NCBI GenBank assembly: GCA_032230645.1
Contig: JAVXWN010000054.1
Span: 1,511-65,510 of the forward strand
Length of the DNA: 64,000 bases
Origin: Acidobacteriota bacterium
GTDB lineage: Bacteria; Acidobacteriota; Blastocatellia; Pyrinomonadales; Pyrinomonadaceae
Direction: 5' to 3'
Of this stretch, positions 10,291-19,800 are shown one piece after another (position 1 is the first letter of the stretch; the number at the start of each line of letters is the position of its first letter). The translations under genes and the position numbers were made by a program. The notes beneath the pieces were generated by a model, which searched no databases, had not been told where the DNA came from, and saw only the letters and a list, made by a program, of their open reading frames with translations.

Positions 10291-11541
10291 CTAGCTCTTT
10301 TTTAAGATCACAACGGCGACTAGGCCGCAAAACGAAGAAATCAGAATAAAGACTAAACAGTAAAACAGGACCTTGGCCACATCGGCACCGGTTCGTAAGT
10401 TCAACTCCGTCAGGCCGAGGAGGGCTGCGAGCGCCAGACAGAACATCTGGGCCGCCATGTTGGTCACGCCTGAGACCGCGCCGTGGGCGAGCCCCATGCT
10501 CAGGCGCATACGTTCGGGCGCGCGGTTGACGTGCACGAGGACGGCCAACCAGCCGTTCGTCAGCAGCAAGATGAGCCACAAGCCGAGGCTTACGTCCTCG
10601 AAGCCCAAGGCCCTGAGGCCGAGAAGTATCGCGACCGACGCAAAGCCGATAACGCCCCCTATCAGCGCGGACAGGACTAGGGCTGCGGCCGATGAGGAGG
10701 TTTCGTACATCGACAGCGGCCGCGTGGGCCTGTCGTTATCCAGACGCTTCTCGATCAGCTCTGACTCCTTGCCCATAAAGGAGTTGAGATCATCCCTCAT
10801 CTGGGCAGCGCTGGCATAGCGCTGCTTTATGTCCGGCGCGAGGACCTTCATTACTATGCGACGGAGCGCGTCAGGGCACGAGTCCGGCAGCGGGGGCGGC
10901 GGCACGCGTGACAGAATCAGCTTCTCAAGCTTGCGCGTCGTCACTTCCGTGAACGGCTGCCTGCCAGAGACCATCTCGTAGAGCAGGACCCCTACCGACC
11001 AGATGTCTGAATGCTGGTCGACGTATCCCGTATCGAGCCGCTCAGGTGAAGCGTAGCCCGTGCTCCCGAACTCGCTGCGGGTCAGGCGGCGAGTCTGCGA
11101 GAGTGCCTTGGCGATTCCAAAGTCAATCAGCCTAATTCGGTCTTGCAGGTCTACGCGCACATTCTGAGGCTTAATATCGCCGTGAATGATACCCTCGACC
11201 TCCTTGCCATCCACGAGGCCATAAAAGGAGTGTGAGACGCTGAGAACACAGCATATCTCGTACGCGATTCTCGCCGCTTGCGGGGCGTCGAACTGGCCCG
11301 CATTGATCATTGAAGACAGGTCTTTGCCCTCGACGTACTCCATCGCGACGTAGAAGTGGTCATCTAAGTCAGCGTAACCGTAGACAGCGGCCACGTGCTT
11401 GTCGAGTTCGTAGAGGCGGGACTGCAACTGCGCGCCCCGCCTCTCGGCCTCAATGGCCTCGACCGTTGCCCGGTCAGACCTGTGAGGGATTATTTTAAGC
11501 GCCACTTGCCTCCGCTTCTTATTGTCGAAAGCTAAGTACAC
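10291..11541 (-). CDS. Ser/Thr protein kinase (non-RD, HGDIKP) with a four-TM C-terminal region; no canonical start codon covers the glycine-rich loop
   Basis: Motifs VALKII, HGDIKPQNV, DFGIAKAL and ASPERL. Kinase homology continues upstream of the GTG at 11541 as HFKILHAIGRGGFGD. That open frame, back to the in-frame stop near 11704, contains no ATG, GTG or TTG. Confidence 0.7.
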   Translation of the reverse strand: MYLAFDNKKRRQVALKIIPHRSDRATVEAIEAERRGAQLQSRLYELDKHVAAVYGYADLDDHFYVAMEYVEGKDLSSMINAGQFDAPQAARIAYEICCVLSVSHSFYGLVDGKEVEGIIHGDIKPQNVRVDLQDRIRLIDFGIAKALSQTRRLTRSEFGSTGYASPERLDTGYVDQHSDIWSVGVLLYEMVSGRQPFTEVTTRKLEKLILSRVPPPPLPDSCPDALRRIVMKVLAPDIKQRYASAAQMRDDLNSFMGKESELIEKRLDNDRPTRPLSMYETSSSAAALVLSALIGGVIGFASVAILLGLRALGFEDVSLGLWLILLLTNGWLAVLVHVNRAPERMRLSMGLAHGAVSGVTNMAAQMFCLALAALLGLTELNLRTGADVAKVLFYCLVFILISSFCGLVAVVILKKS

Positions 11542-11595
11542 GTCACCAAACCCGCCGCGCCCGATGGCGTGCAGAATCTTGAAGTGGCCTAGGTT

Positions 11596-11627
11596 TTTAT
11601 AAATGTTTCCCTTTATAAATGTTTCCC
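11596..11627. repeat. perfect 16-bp tandem duplication TTTATAAATGTTTCCC x2
   Basis: An AT-rich island in GC-rich DNA. It lies between the amine-oxidase stop (11648) and the kinase glycine-loop codons. Confidence 0.9.
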
Positions 11628-11647
11628 ACGGTCGAGGAGTCTGAAGG

Positions 11648-13228
11648 CTAGCGCCGCACGCCGTAGGCCGCGCGTCTTGCGCGTGAGGGGCGACGATGCC
11701 CCCTCACTTTCAGCCTCACAGCCTCTGCCGCCATCCTGCCGCTTTCGGCGCCGCCGTTCATGTACCCCTGAAAGTCGCGGCTACAGTGCTCGCCGGCGAA
11801 GAACAGATTGCCGACGGACTCGATCTCGGCCCCGCCGATCCCCGTCCACTGCCCCACCTTGTAGCAGGAGTAGCTGCCAAGGCTAAATGGGTTCGAGGGC
11901 CAGTTGAATACGCCTTTGCTGCCGTTGTGCTTCGCGGTCGCGTCGCCGTACGCTTGGTCGAGCACAGAGAGGTAGCGGCCAGCCATGCTCTCGGACAGGT
12001 TGAGCCCGTCGGCACCACCGAGAAACACGGTGTAGCCGCCGCTCCCCGCGTTCCCGTTTTGAAGTTGGCTGTGGTCCCAGCCGTTCTGTAGGATATTGTT
12101 AATCAGGTAGCCGCTGTAACCCTTGCTGCGCCACACCCTCTCCTTGAAGCCGAGCAGCAGCTTCGCGTTAGTGCCATAGCCCAACTCCCTGATGGCAGTC
12201 ACCTTCTGCGGCGGGAGGGGCAGCTGCAAGTCCACGTGCCTCAGGACGGAGAAAGGGATAGCGAGGATGACGATGTCCGCTTTGACCTCTTTGCCGCCGT
12301 AGAACGAGAGGACGTACTCGCCGCCACTACCCTTCATAGCTTGCAACTGCCTGCCCCTTTCGATCCTGTCCTGAAGGCGCTCGCCGAGTCTCTTGATGAG
12401 CAGGTCGTTGCCGCCTTTTATCTTGAACCGCTCATCGCTCTCGCCGAAGACCTTGAACTCCTTGGCACCGGGCTCCGCGCCTATCATTGTGAGAAAGTTC
12501 AGCGCCGACTGTTCTCCCACGTCCAGCCCAAACTCGCTGGTGTAAGCCGCCCTGAGCAACTCCAGGAGCCAGCCGCGTACCCCGAGCTGTTGGAAGTACT
12601 CTTCGACCGAGATGATGTCGTACTTACGGGCCGCGCCGGGGTGCCGGTAGGTGACGTTTTTGGGCAGCACGTCCTGATCCTGCTTAATACTCTTCGCGAT
12701 GCCTTTGAACTCGCTGACCACTTGCTGCTCGGTGTAGCGGGTGCCGTTTATGAAGTAGTCATCCTGCTTGAGGCGGCGCTCGCTTAACTCCATCCGGTCA
12801 TAACGCGGCAGATGAAATTCCCTGGCCAATTGGATGAGGTCGGCGTGGCTGCTGTCTATGAACTCGCCGCCCAGCTCAGAATACACGTCAGGTGCCACGA
12901 GGCCGCGGGCCGTGCGGATACGCCCGCCCAGAGTGTCGCTGGCCTCGTAGACCGTCGCCCTGAGCCCGACCTTCGACAGTTGGTAGGCGGCGTTGAGTCC
13001 CGCTATCCCGCCGCCCACGATGGCGATGCGCGGTGCCGAAGCGACCGCCTGGGCCAGAGCGCCCGCCCTAGTCAAGAGCGCGACTCCGCCGAGCCCTAGG
13101 CTGGCCTTCGCGGTCGTCGAAAGGAAGGCGCGGCGGTCGAAAGCCTCAGGGGCTTCTTGCGGAGTCCCGGCTTCCGTCGCCTCGCTCTCGTCACAACCCC
13201 GACCGGAACTGTCTCCGAACGCATCCAC
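11648..13228 (-). CDS. Tat-signal flavin-containing amine oxidase family protein
   Basis: Twin-arginine signal DRRAFLSTTAKASLGLGGVALL...ALA followed by the FAD dinucleotide fold RIAIVGGGIAGLNAAYQL and a C-terminal FAGEH motif. I trimmed the start to the GTG at 13226..13228, because the 667-aa track ORF runs antisense through the PP2C gene. Confidence 0.75.
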   Translation of the reverse strand: MDAFGDSSGRGCDESEATEAGTPQEAPEAFDRRAFLSTTAKASLGLGGVALLTRAGALAQAVASAPRIAIVGGGIAGLNAAYQLSKVGLRATVYEASDTLGGRIRTARGLVAPDVYSELGGEFIDSSHADLIQLAREFHLPRYDRMELSERRLKQDDYFINGTRYTEQQVVSEFKGIAKSIKQDQDVLPKNVTYRHPGAARKYDIISVEEYFQQLGVRGWLLELLRAAYTSEFGLDVGEQSALNFLTMIGAEPGAKEFKVFGESDERFKIKGGNDLLIKRLGERLQDRIERGRQLQAMKGSGGEYVLSFYGGKEVKADIVILAIPFSVLRHVDLQLPLPPQKVTAIRELGYGTNAKLLLGFKERVWRSKGYSGYLINNILQNGWDHSQLQNGNAGSGGYTVFLGGADGLNLSESMAGRYLSVLDQAYGDATAKHNGSKGVFNWPSNPFSLGSYSCYKVGQWTGIGGAEIESVGNLFFAGEHCSRDFQGYMNGGAESGRMAAEAVRLKVRGHRRPSRARRAAYGVRR

Positions 13229-14857
13229 GAGGCAATTACCATTGCCAACAACGAAATCCTCCGCGCGGCTGAGGGACGCGAGGAGTGGTGCGGCATGGCA
13301 TGCGTGCTGACGGTGGCGGTCGTCGAGGACGGCAAGGCCACCATAGGCCATGTCGGCGATACGCGCCTCTACAAGATACGGCGGGGGCAGATAGAGAAGG
13401 TCACGCACGACCACTCGCCCGTAGGCGAGCGCGAGGACTCGGGCGAGTTGTCGGAAGTGGACGCGATGCGCCACCCCAGGCGTAACGAGGTCTACAGAGA
13501 CGTAGGCACGCAGTTCCACGAGCCAGACGACCCGGACTTCATAGATCTTATAGAAATACCGTTCGAGCCGGACAGCGCGCTCCTCATGTGTAGCGACGGC
13601 CTGAGCGACCTCGCGACCTCGGCGCAGATTCTGCGCATTGTCGAGGCGCACGCGGGCGACTCTACCGAAGTCGTGGAGCGGCTGATCGAGGCAGCCAATG
13701 AAGCCGGCGGCAAGGACAACATCACGGCCCTGTTTGCCTCGGGCGCAGAGTTTGCGGCTGCGGCGCGCCTGGACGGGGAGCCGCCGGTCATACCTACCGC
13801 GCCGCTCGAACTTCCTGAGAAGGCTGCCGACGGGTCGGACGCGGACGCCGTGGCGAAGGCGGATGCTGGCGAAGGCCCGAATCCGAACGAATCACGGAAC
13901 CCGAATGAGTCAAGCGGCCCAGTCGAGCGGCCGCGTCCCGGCGGCTTCGGCCGTCGTGCGCTGAGGTGGCTCGGGTCGCGCCCGCTGGTCTTCATTTGCG
14001 GGGTATTGTTCTGTGTCCTTCTGCTGCTACTCATGCCGCGTGAGTGGCGCAGTCTGTGGCTCCGGCCCGAAGTTATCGCGCCCCCGCCTTCGCCACAGGC
14101 GCGCACCCTACGCGTCGCAGCCGAAGGCAAAGAGTTCACGACAATCGCCGACGCGCTAGAGCATGCGCGCCCCGGCGACACGGTCGAAGTCGCGCCCGGC
14201 GAGTACCACGAAAGCGTGGTCATGAGGGAGGGCGTCGCCATCGTCAGCGCACAGCCCCTCGGCGCGCTGATTCGCCTGCCCGAGGGGTCGGACGAGCCGC
14301 GCGTCGCCGTCAAAGCCGAGGGGGTCAGAGAGGGGCGGCTTGTCGGCTTCAGGATCGAGGGTGACGAGACCTCCCCGCTCGACGTAGGGGTGCTTTTGGC
14401 GGACTCGAACGTCGAGGTGGAGCGGATGGAGATTTCCGGGGCTCAGGCGGCTGGCGTGAAGGTGACGGGCCACTCGCAGGCCGTCTTGATCGGCAACCAT
14501 ATACGCCAGAACGCCGGTAGCGGCGTGAGCGTGGAGGGCGAGTCCGAGCCGGAGATTCTTCACAACTGGATCATCGGCAACGGCGCCCCCGTGAAGGGCG
14601 TGCGCGATGTCGGCAGCCCCGGCGTTGAAATCCACGACTCCGCGCAGCCGGTACTGATAGGAAACGTGATCGCCGAGAACGGCGCGGCCGGCGTTGACGG
14701 GCTACGCGCGGAGAGGCAGAAGGACGTGGAGAAGAAGAACTATTTCGGCGAGGACGTGAAGGCGAACCGCAAGGGCAAGGTGCACGCGCGGGCCGAGACG
14801 CAGGCCGGGCCCGGCGCGCAGGCGACCGCCGCGGACGGACAGAACATTCGACGTTGA
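13157..14857 (+). CDS. PP2C-family phosphatase (N-terminal metal-binding motifs missing), then a TM segment and a right-handed parallel beta-helix domain
   Basis: PP2C motifs GMACVLTV, VGDTRLY, THDHS, HPRRNEVYRDVG, LMCSDGL and GGKDNITALF are present. No DGMGGH-type motif occurs in any plus-strand frame upstream. A TM segment (LVFICGVLFCVLLLLL) is followed by beta-helix repeats (GNHIRQN, HNWIIGN, GNVIAEN). Confidence 0.7.
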   Translation: MRSPGFRRLALVTTPTGTVSERIHEAITIANNEILRAAEGREEWCGMACVLTVAVVEDGKATIGHVGDTRLYKIRRGQIEKVTHDHSPVGEREDSGELSEVDAMRHPRRNEVYRDVGTQFHEPDDPDFIDLIEIPFEPDSALLMCSDGLSDLATSAQILRIVEAHAGDSTEVVERLIEAANEAGGKDNITALFASGAEFAAAARLDGEPPVIPTAPLELPEKAADGSDADAVAKADAGEGPNPNESRNPNESSGPVERPRPGGFGRRALRWLGSRPLVFICGVLFCVLLLLLMPREWRSLWLRPEVIAPPPSPQARTLRVAAEGKEFTTIADALEHARPGDTVEVAPGEYHESVVMREGVAIVSAQPLGALIRLPEGSDEPRVAVKAEGVREGRLVGFRIEGDETSPLDVGVLLADSNVEVERMEISGAQAAGVKVTGHSQAVLIGNHIRQNAGSGVSVEGESEPEILHNWIIGNGAPVKGVRDVGSPGVEIHDSAQPVLIGNVIAENGAAGVDGLRAERQKDVEKKNYFGEDVKANRKGKVHARAETQAGPGAQATAADGQNIRR

Positions 14858-14879
14858 GGTCCCACCTTCGAGAAAGATT

Positions 14880-16855
14880 GTGAACCACCTAATCAACAGG
14901 GTCGGGAGGTACAAGATCAGGAAGAGGCTGCGCCGCGGCGGCATGAGCGACGTCTACCTCGCTTTCGACACCAAGAAGAAGAAGCCCGTGGCCCTCAAGC
15001 TCATCGAGCAAAGAGACGACCGCGACACGCGCGACGCAATCAAGGCCGAGGGCGACGGCGTGAAATTGCAGCAGGCCCTGAGCGCGTACGAACCGACCGT
15101 CCCGAAGGTGGAAGATTTCGGCACGCTCGGAGACTTCTTTTATATAGCGATGGAGTACGTTGAGGGCACCGACCTCTCGGAGATGATTGAGCGTAGGCAA
15201 CTCACCACGGCCGACGTGATTCGGATCGGGGCCTCTGTCTGCCGCACGCTTCAAATCGCCCACACGCTCACTACCACAATCGACGGGCGCGAAATCACGC
15301 AGATCGTTCACGGCGACATCAAGCCGAAGAACATCCGCTTGACAAAGGATGGCACGATCAAGCTGCTGGACTTCGGCATCGCCAAGGCTCTCTCTCTCTT
15401 ACGCGGAAGGTGACGCACAACGACTTCGGGACCCTCGACTACTGCTCTCCCGAAAGGCTCGATACGGGGCGGCTCGACGCGCAGTCAGACCTGTGGTCGC
15501 TCGGCGTGATGCTCTACGAGATGCTGAGCGGAAGCCTTCCGTTCCAGGCCGAAACGCCGCGCGCGCAGGAGGCACTCATCATGTCGGGGCAGCCGCCCCC
15601 CCCGCTCCCGGCAGACTGCCCCAAACCGCTCGCTGGCCTCATCATGAAGGCCCTCGACCCCGACGTGTCGAGGCGCTACCAGAGCGCCGCCGAAATGCTC
15701 GAGGAACTCTCGGGGCTCGACCAGCCTCCGACGCGTCGCATACGGAGGGAGGAAGAGGATCTGGACGCACGCCCGGAGGACGAGGCGGCAGGCGGCGAGG
15801 AGGGCGAGGCCATCTCCTCCGCCAGCGGGGCGGACGAGCACCAGCAGCAAGCCGAAGGGGGCCATAAGGATGCTACGGACGTGTCTAGTCGCGCCGGGGA
15901 AGGAGGTGGCTGGGCGGGCTCGGCCAGCGACCGGGGCGGACAGAAGCTCAGGGTAGGCTCGCTGCTGTTCAAAGCGGCGGTCACAATCGTCGTCTCGATA
16001 GCGGTGGTACTGGGTGCGGCCGAGTGGCTCGCCTGGAGGGCTAAGCGCGAGCTTTACGAAGACCTATCGAAGGCGACTTTCCTGCGGCTCACCGACTCGG
16101 AAGGGTTCTGGAATCGCTACAAGGGCGCGGAGGATAAAGGCGTTCTCAAGCTCGGCCTGCCGGAACTGCGCGCGCAGATGAAGCTCAAACTGTTGGATGT
16201 CGCGCAGCGGGTCGTCAAGGACTACGAGAAGGACAGGCCGACGGCCAAGGAGAGCGACTGGATTGACGCCAAGGCCAGCCTCGCACGCGCCCTCGAAATA
16301 GAATCGAGTGACGCCTCCGTCAAGGCGATGATGCTCTACTGTGACGGGCAGATCGAGCGCATCAACGGGGATGCGCAGAAGTCGCGTAAGAAGTTGCAGG
16401 ACGCCTCCAACAGGTTCAACAACGCCATGCGACTCTTCGGCGACGCCGCTGAGTTGCAGCCGCAGTGGCCCGACCCGCACCTGGGGCTCGCCGTCATCTA
16501 CGCGTACGGCAGTCCGAACGCCGACAGGGCCGTGGAGGAACTGGACAAGGCCAAGGGGCTAGGGCTGAACTTAGGCAACAGGGAGGTGGCGCTGCGCGCC
16601 GACTGCCTGCGACTCAAGGCCGACGCACAGTACGAGGAGTTGCAGCGGACGCCCGGCGCACGCACCGACGACTACAAGAGTGCGAAGCAGCAGTATGCGC
16701 AGGCGCTGGAGAAGTACCGGCAGGTATTAAGCTTCACCGATAACTCTCGAAGGTACGTCAGGGAGATCGAGGGCAAGATGCAGAAACTCGACGCCGCCAT
16801 CGAGAGGCGCGAACAGCGTTCGGGCGACGGCACCGCGGAGGTGAACCAGCTTTGA
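14880..16855 (+). pseudogene. Ser/Thr protein kinase (non-RD), then a TM segment and a TPR-like extracytoplasmic domain; split by a frameshift in a (CT)6 tract
   Basis: ORF 14880..15413 ends in DFGIAKALSLLRGR*. ORF 15410..16855 continues as VTHNDFGTLDYCSPERL. Removing one CT unit gives DFGIAKALSLTRKVTHNDFGT, which is colinear with the paralog sequence DFGIAKALSQTRRLTRSEFGS. Confidence 0.8.
15388..15399. repeat. (CT)6 dinucleotide tract at the kinase frameshift
   Basis: The sequence gctctctctctctt was read directly. It lies inside the activation-loop codons. Confidence 0.95.
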
Positions 16856-19800
16856 TTCGTATCCACAGGACAGTCGCCGACAAGGGTGCAAGCCGGCTCC
16901 CGAAGCGCGCACGAGAAAGCTCACGCTGGCGAGAGCTTTTCGGCCTACTCTTATCCTCGTTCGTGATAGCCACGGGGCTGTTCCTCGTCTATCAGGCGAA
17001 GACGAAGCGCCCCACGCCTTTCGACGAGGCCAGCGCCATGCTCAAGGACGGAAGGCTCCTAAACCTCAACCAAGCGCCGAGCCGCGAGTCGCTCCTGCCG
17101 TTTTTGTCCGCGATAGAGAACCCCGCCGACAGGCAGTTCGCCGCTGAGAAGCTCTACGCCTTCCTCAAGGACCCGCGCACCGGCGAACTGCCGAACGTCG
17201 GCGCGCTGACGCGCGCGCGCGCTGACGCCGCCGAGATAACTTCGAGGCCGGGACTGAAAGATTACCGCGAAGAACTGGAGCGGCTGCGTCAGCGCGACGC
17301 GGAGAGGGTGAAGGCCGGGCGCTCCCCCGCCGCCGAGAGCAAAGTTTCCGTGATCGCGCAGGTGAGCGAGCTGAAGCCTTCCTTCGTCGTTCGCACGCCC
17401 GAAGAGTTCCGCCGCTCCTTCCTCGTTTGGTCGGCCCTCTGCTTTCTGGGCGCCTTCGCCGTTCACTTCGCTTGGCGCGCGCGCAAGTTTGAGGGCGACC
17501 AGACGCTTCTGCCGATGGTTCAACTCCTGAGCGGCATCGGGCTGATTCTGATGGTGAGCCTACGCGACCCGCTCCGTGACTCGCTGAGCCTTGAGAACTT
17601 CGGCCAGGGGATTCTGGCCGGCTACGCGGTGCTATTCGCGGCCAGCGCGACAGACGTCAGCAAGCGGTTCGGCCGGTCAAGGTACGTTCCGCTGCTGATC
17701 GGCCTGGCGCTATCCGTCGCCCTCATCCTCTTCGGTAGCGGCCCCGGTTCGAGCGACGCAAAGGTTAACCTACTAGGCTTTCAGCCCGTCGAAGCCATCA
17801 AAATACTCGTCGTCCTTTTCCTCGCCGGCTACTTCGCGAAGGAGTGGGAGGTCATACGGCTTTTGAAGGAGAAGCGACTTGGAGGGGCCGGCGCACGGCT
17901 AAACGTCCCGCGGCTCGACTACGTGCTGCCGGTGGTCGTAGCAATGGGGCTGGTGCTCCTCTTCTTCTTCCTTCAGAAAGACCTCGGCCCGGCGCTGATA
18001 CTGTCATGCCTATTCTTAACCCTCTACGGCGTGGCCCGCCAGCGCGTCATGATGGTTGCTTTCGGCCTGTTGATGATGCTCGCGGGATTCTACGTCAGCT
18101 CACACTTCGCCATCTCGCACACGGTCGCCGACCGCATACAAATCTGGCTCTCGCCCTGGGACAACAACGTTAGGGGCGGCGACCAGCTCGTGCAGGGGCT
18201 CTGGTCACTGGCGACCGGCGGCGTATCGGGGATGGGACTCGGCCTGGGCGACCCTGGCCTCGTGCCAGCAAGTCATACGGACTTCGTCATCACCGCGCTC
18301 GGCGAGGAGGTGGGCTTCGCCGGGCTGCTGGTTCTGTTCCTGCTCTACGCCGCCTTGATCTATAAAGGAGTCGTCATTGCGCTTCGCTCGGCCGACCCTT
18401 ACGCCTTTTTCCTCGCCCTCGGCCTGACGCTGCTGACGGCCCTACAGATTCTACTGATATCGCTCGGCGTCTTCGGACTCATCCCGCTCTCTGGCGTCGT
18501 GTCGCCGTTCATCAGCTACGGCCGAACGTCCATGATCGCCAACTTCGCCATCGTCGGCATACTGCTCTCGCTCTCGGCGCGGCCCGGCGAGGGCGAGCAG
18601 CGCGACTTCAAGACGCCCGTGCGCTGGGTGATGGCGTGCCTCGGCGTGCTGACGGTCGTGCTCGTGGCTAGGGCGGCCTATGTGCAGAGCTACCGCGGCG
18701 ACGAGATTCTGGTAGCCTCGGCGCTGGCACCGCAGGCCGACGGCGTGCGGCGCTATCAGTACAACCCGCGCATCCTACAGGTCGCCCGCACGCTGCCGCG
18801 CGGCAGCATCTACGACCGCAACGGCATCCCGCTCGCCACCAGCCGCCGCGAGGAGTTGGAGCAGCACAGGCAGGATTATGAGAGGCTCCTCGGCGTCAAA
18901 CTCGAAGATGTATGCGGACGCGGCGAAGGCCGCTGTTACCCGTTCGGAGCGAGCATGTTCCATCTGCTCGGCGACGAGCGGACGCGCCTCAACTGGGCCG
19001 CCACAAACACCGCCTACATCGAGCGCGACTCAAGCACCCGACTACAGGGCTACGACGATTACGCGCAGAGGGTCGAACTGAAAGACCCGGAGACGGGCCG
19101 CACGAACGTCGTGCTGCGCAGGGACTACAGGGAGTTGATACCGCTTCTACGTTACCGCTACCGCCCCGACGACGAGTCGGTCAAGCGCATACTCGAACGG
19201 GAGCGCGACGTGCGAACGTCCGTGGACATACGCCTTCAGTTGCGCGCCGCGCAAATCCTGCGCGATCAACTCCGCGCCACGGACAGGGACAAGGGCGCGA
19301 TGGTCGTGCTCGATGCGGACACGGGCGACCTCCTCGCGAGCGTGAGCTACCCAACGCTCGACGCACGGCCTCCGGCCCTGGCGACTCCCGACGGCGCGGC
19401 CGAGGAGTTGGAGTCGGCTTTGCTCGACCGCGCGCGGTTCGGACTCTACCCGCCCGGCTCCACCTTCAAGATCGTGACTGCTGTCGCGGCCCTGCGTAAA
19501 GACCCCGGCCTCGCGAAGAAGACCTTCGACTGCGTAGGCTTGGGCGACGGGCGCGTCGGCAACACCGTCCGCGGGTGGAATCGCCCTATCCGCGACGACA
19601 AGGGCGACTCCGCTCACGGACACGTCAACATGGAGAGGGGCATCACTGTTTCCTGCAACGCCTACTTCGCGCAGTTGGGCACGTATGAAGTCGGGCCGGA
19701 GGCGCTCTTCTCCACGGCCTCGCTCTTCGGCGTCTCCGTCGCCAGCCCTAACACGGCGGCGAAACTGCGCGAGGCCATCCCGCAGTCGTCCTATGGACAG

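Noticed and set aside
13229-13651. The N-terminal 141 codons of the 667-aa track ORF 11648..13651.
   Set aside because: This stretch runs antisense through the PP2C coding region and precedes the twin-arginine signal by far too much. The GTG at 13228 gives a normal Tat n-region.
13492-14313. Long antisense and alternative-frame ORFs throughout the GC-rich parts, for example 13492..14313, 33517..34356, 42178..42945, 46424..47374, 49084..49815, 55693..56460 and 43580..44158.
   Set aside because: They overlap well-supported genes on the opposite strand or in another frame. Their Arg/Ala/Pro/Ser-rich low-complexity composition is typical of shadow ORFs in high-GC DNA, and they match no recognisable motifs.
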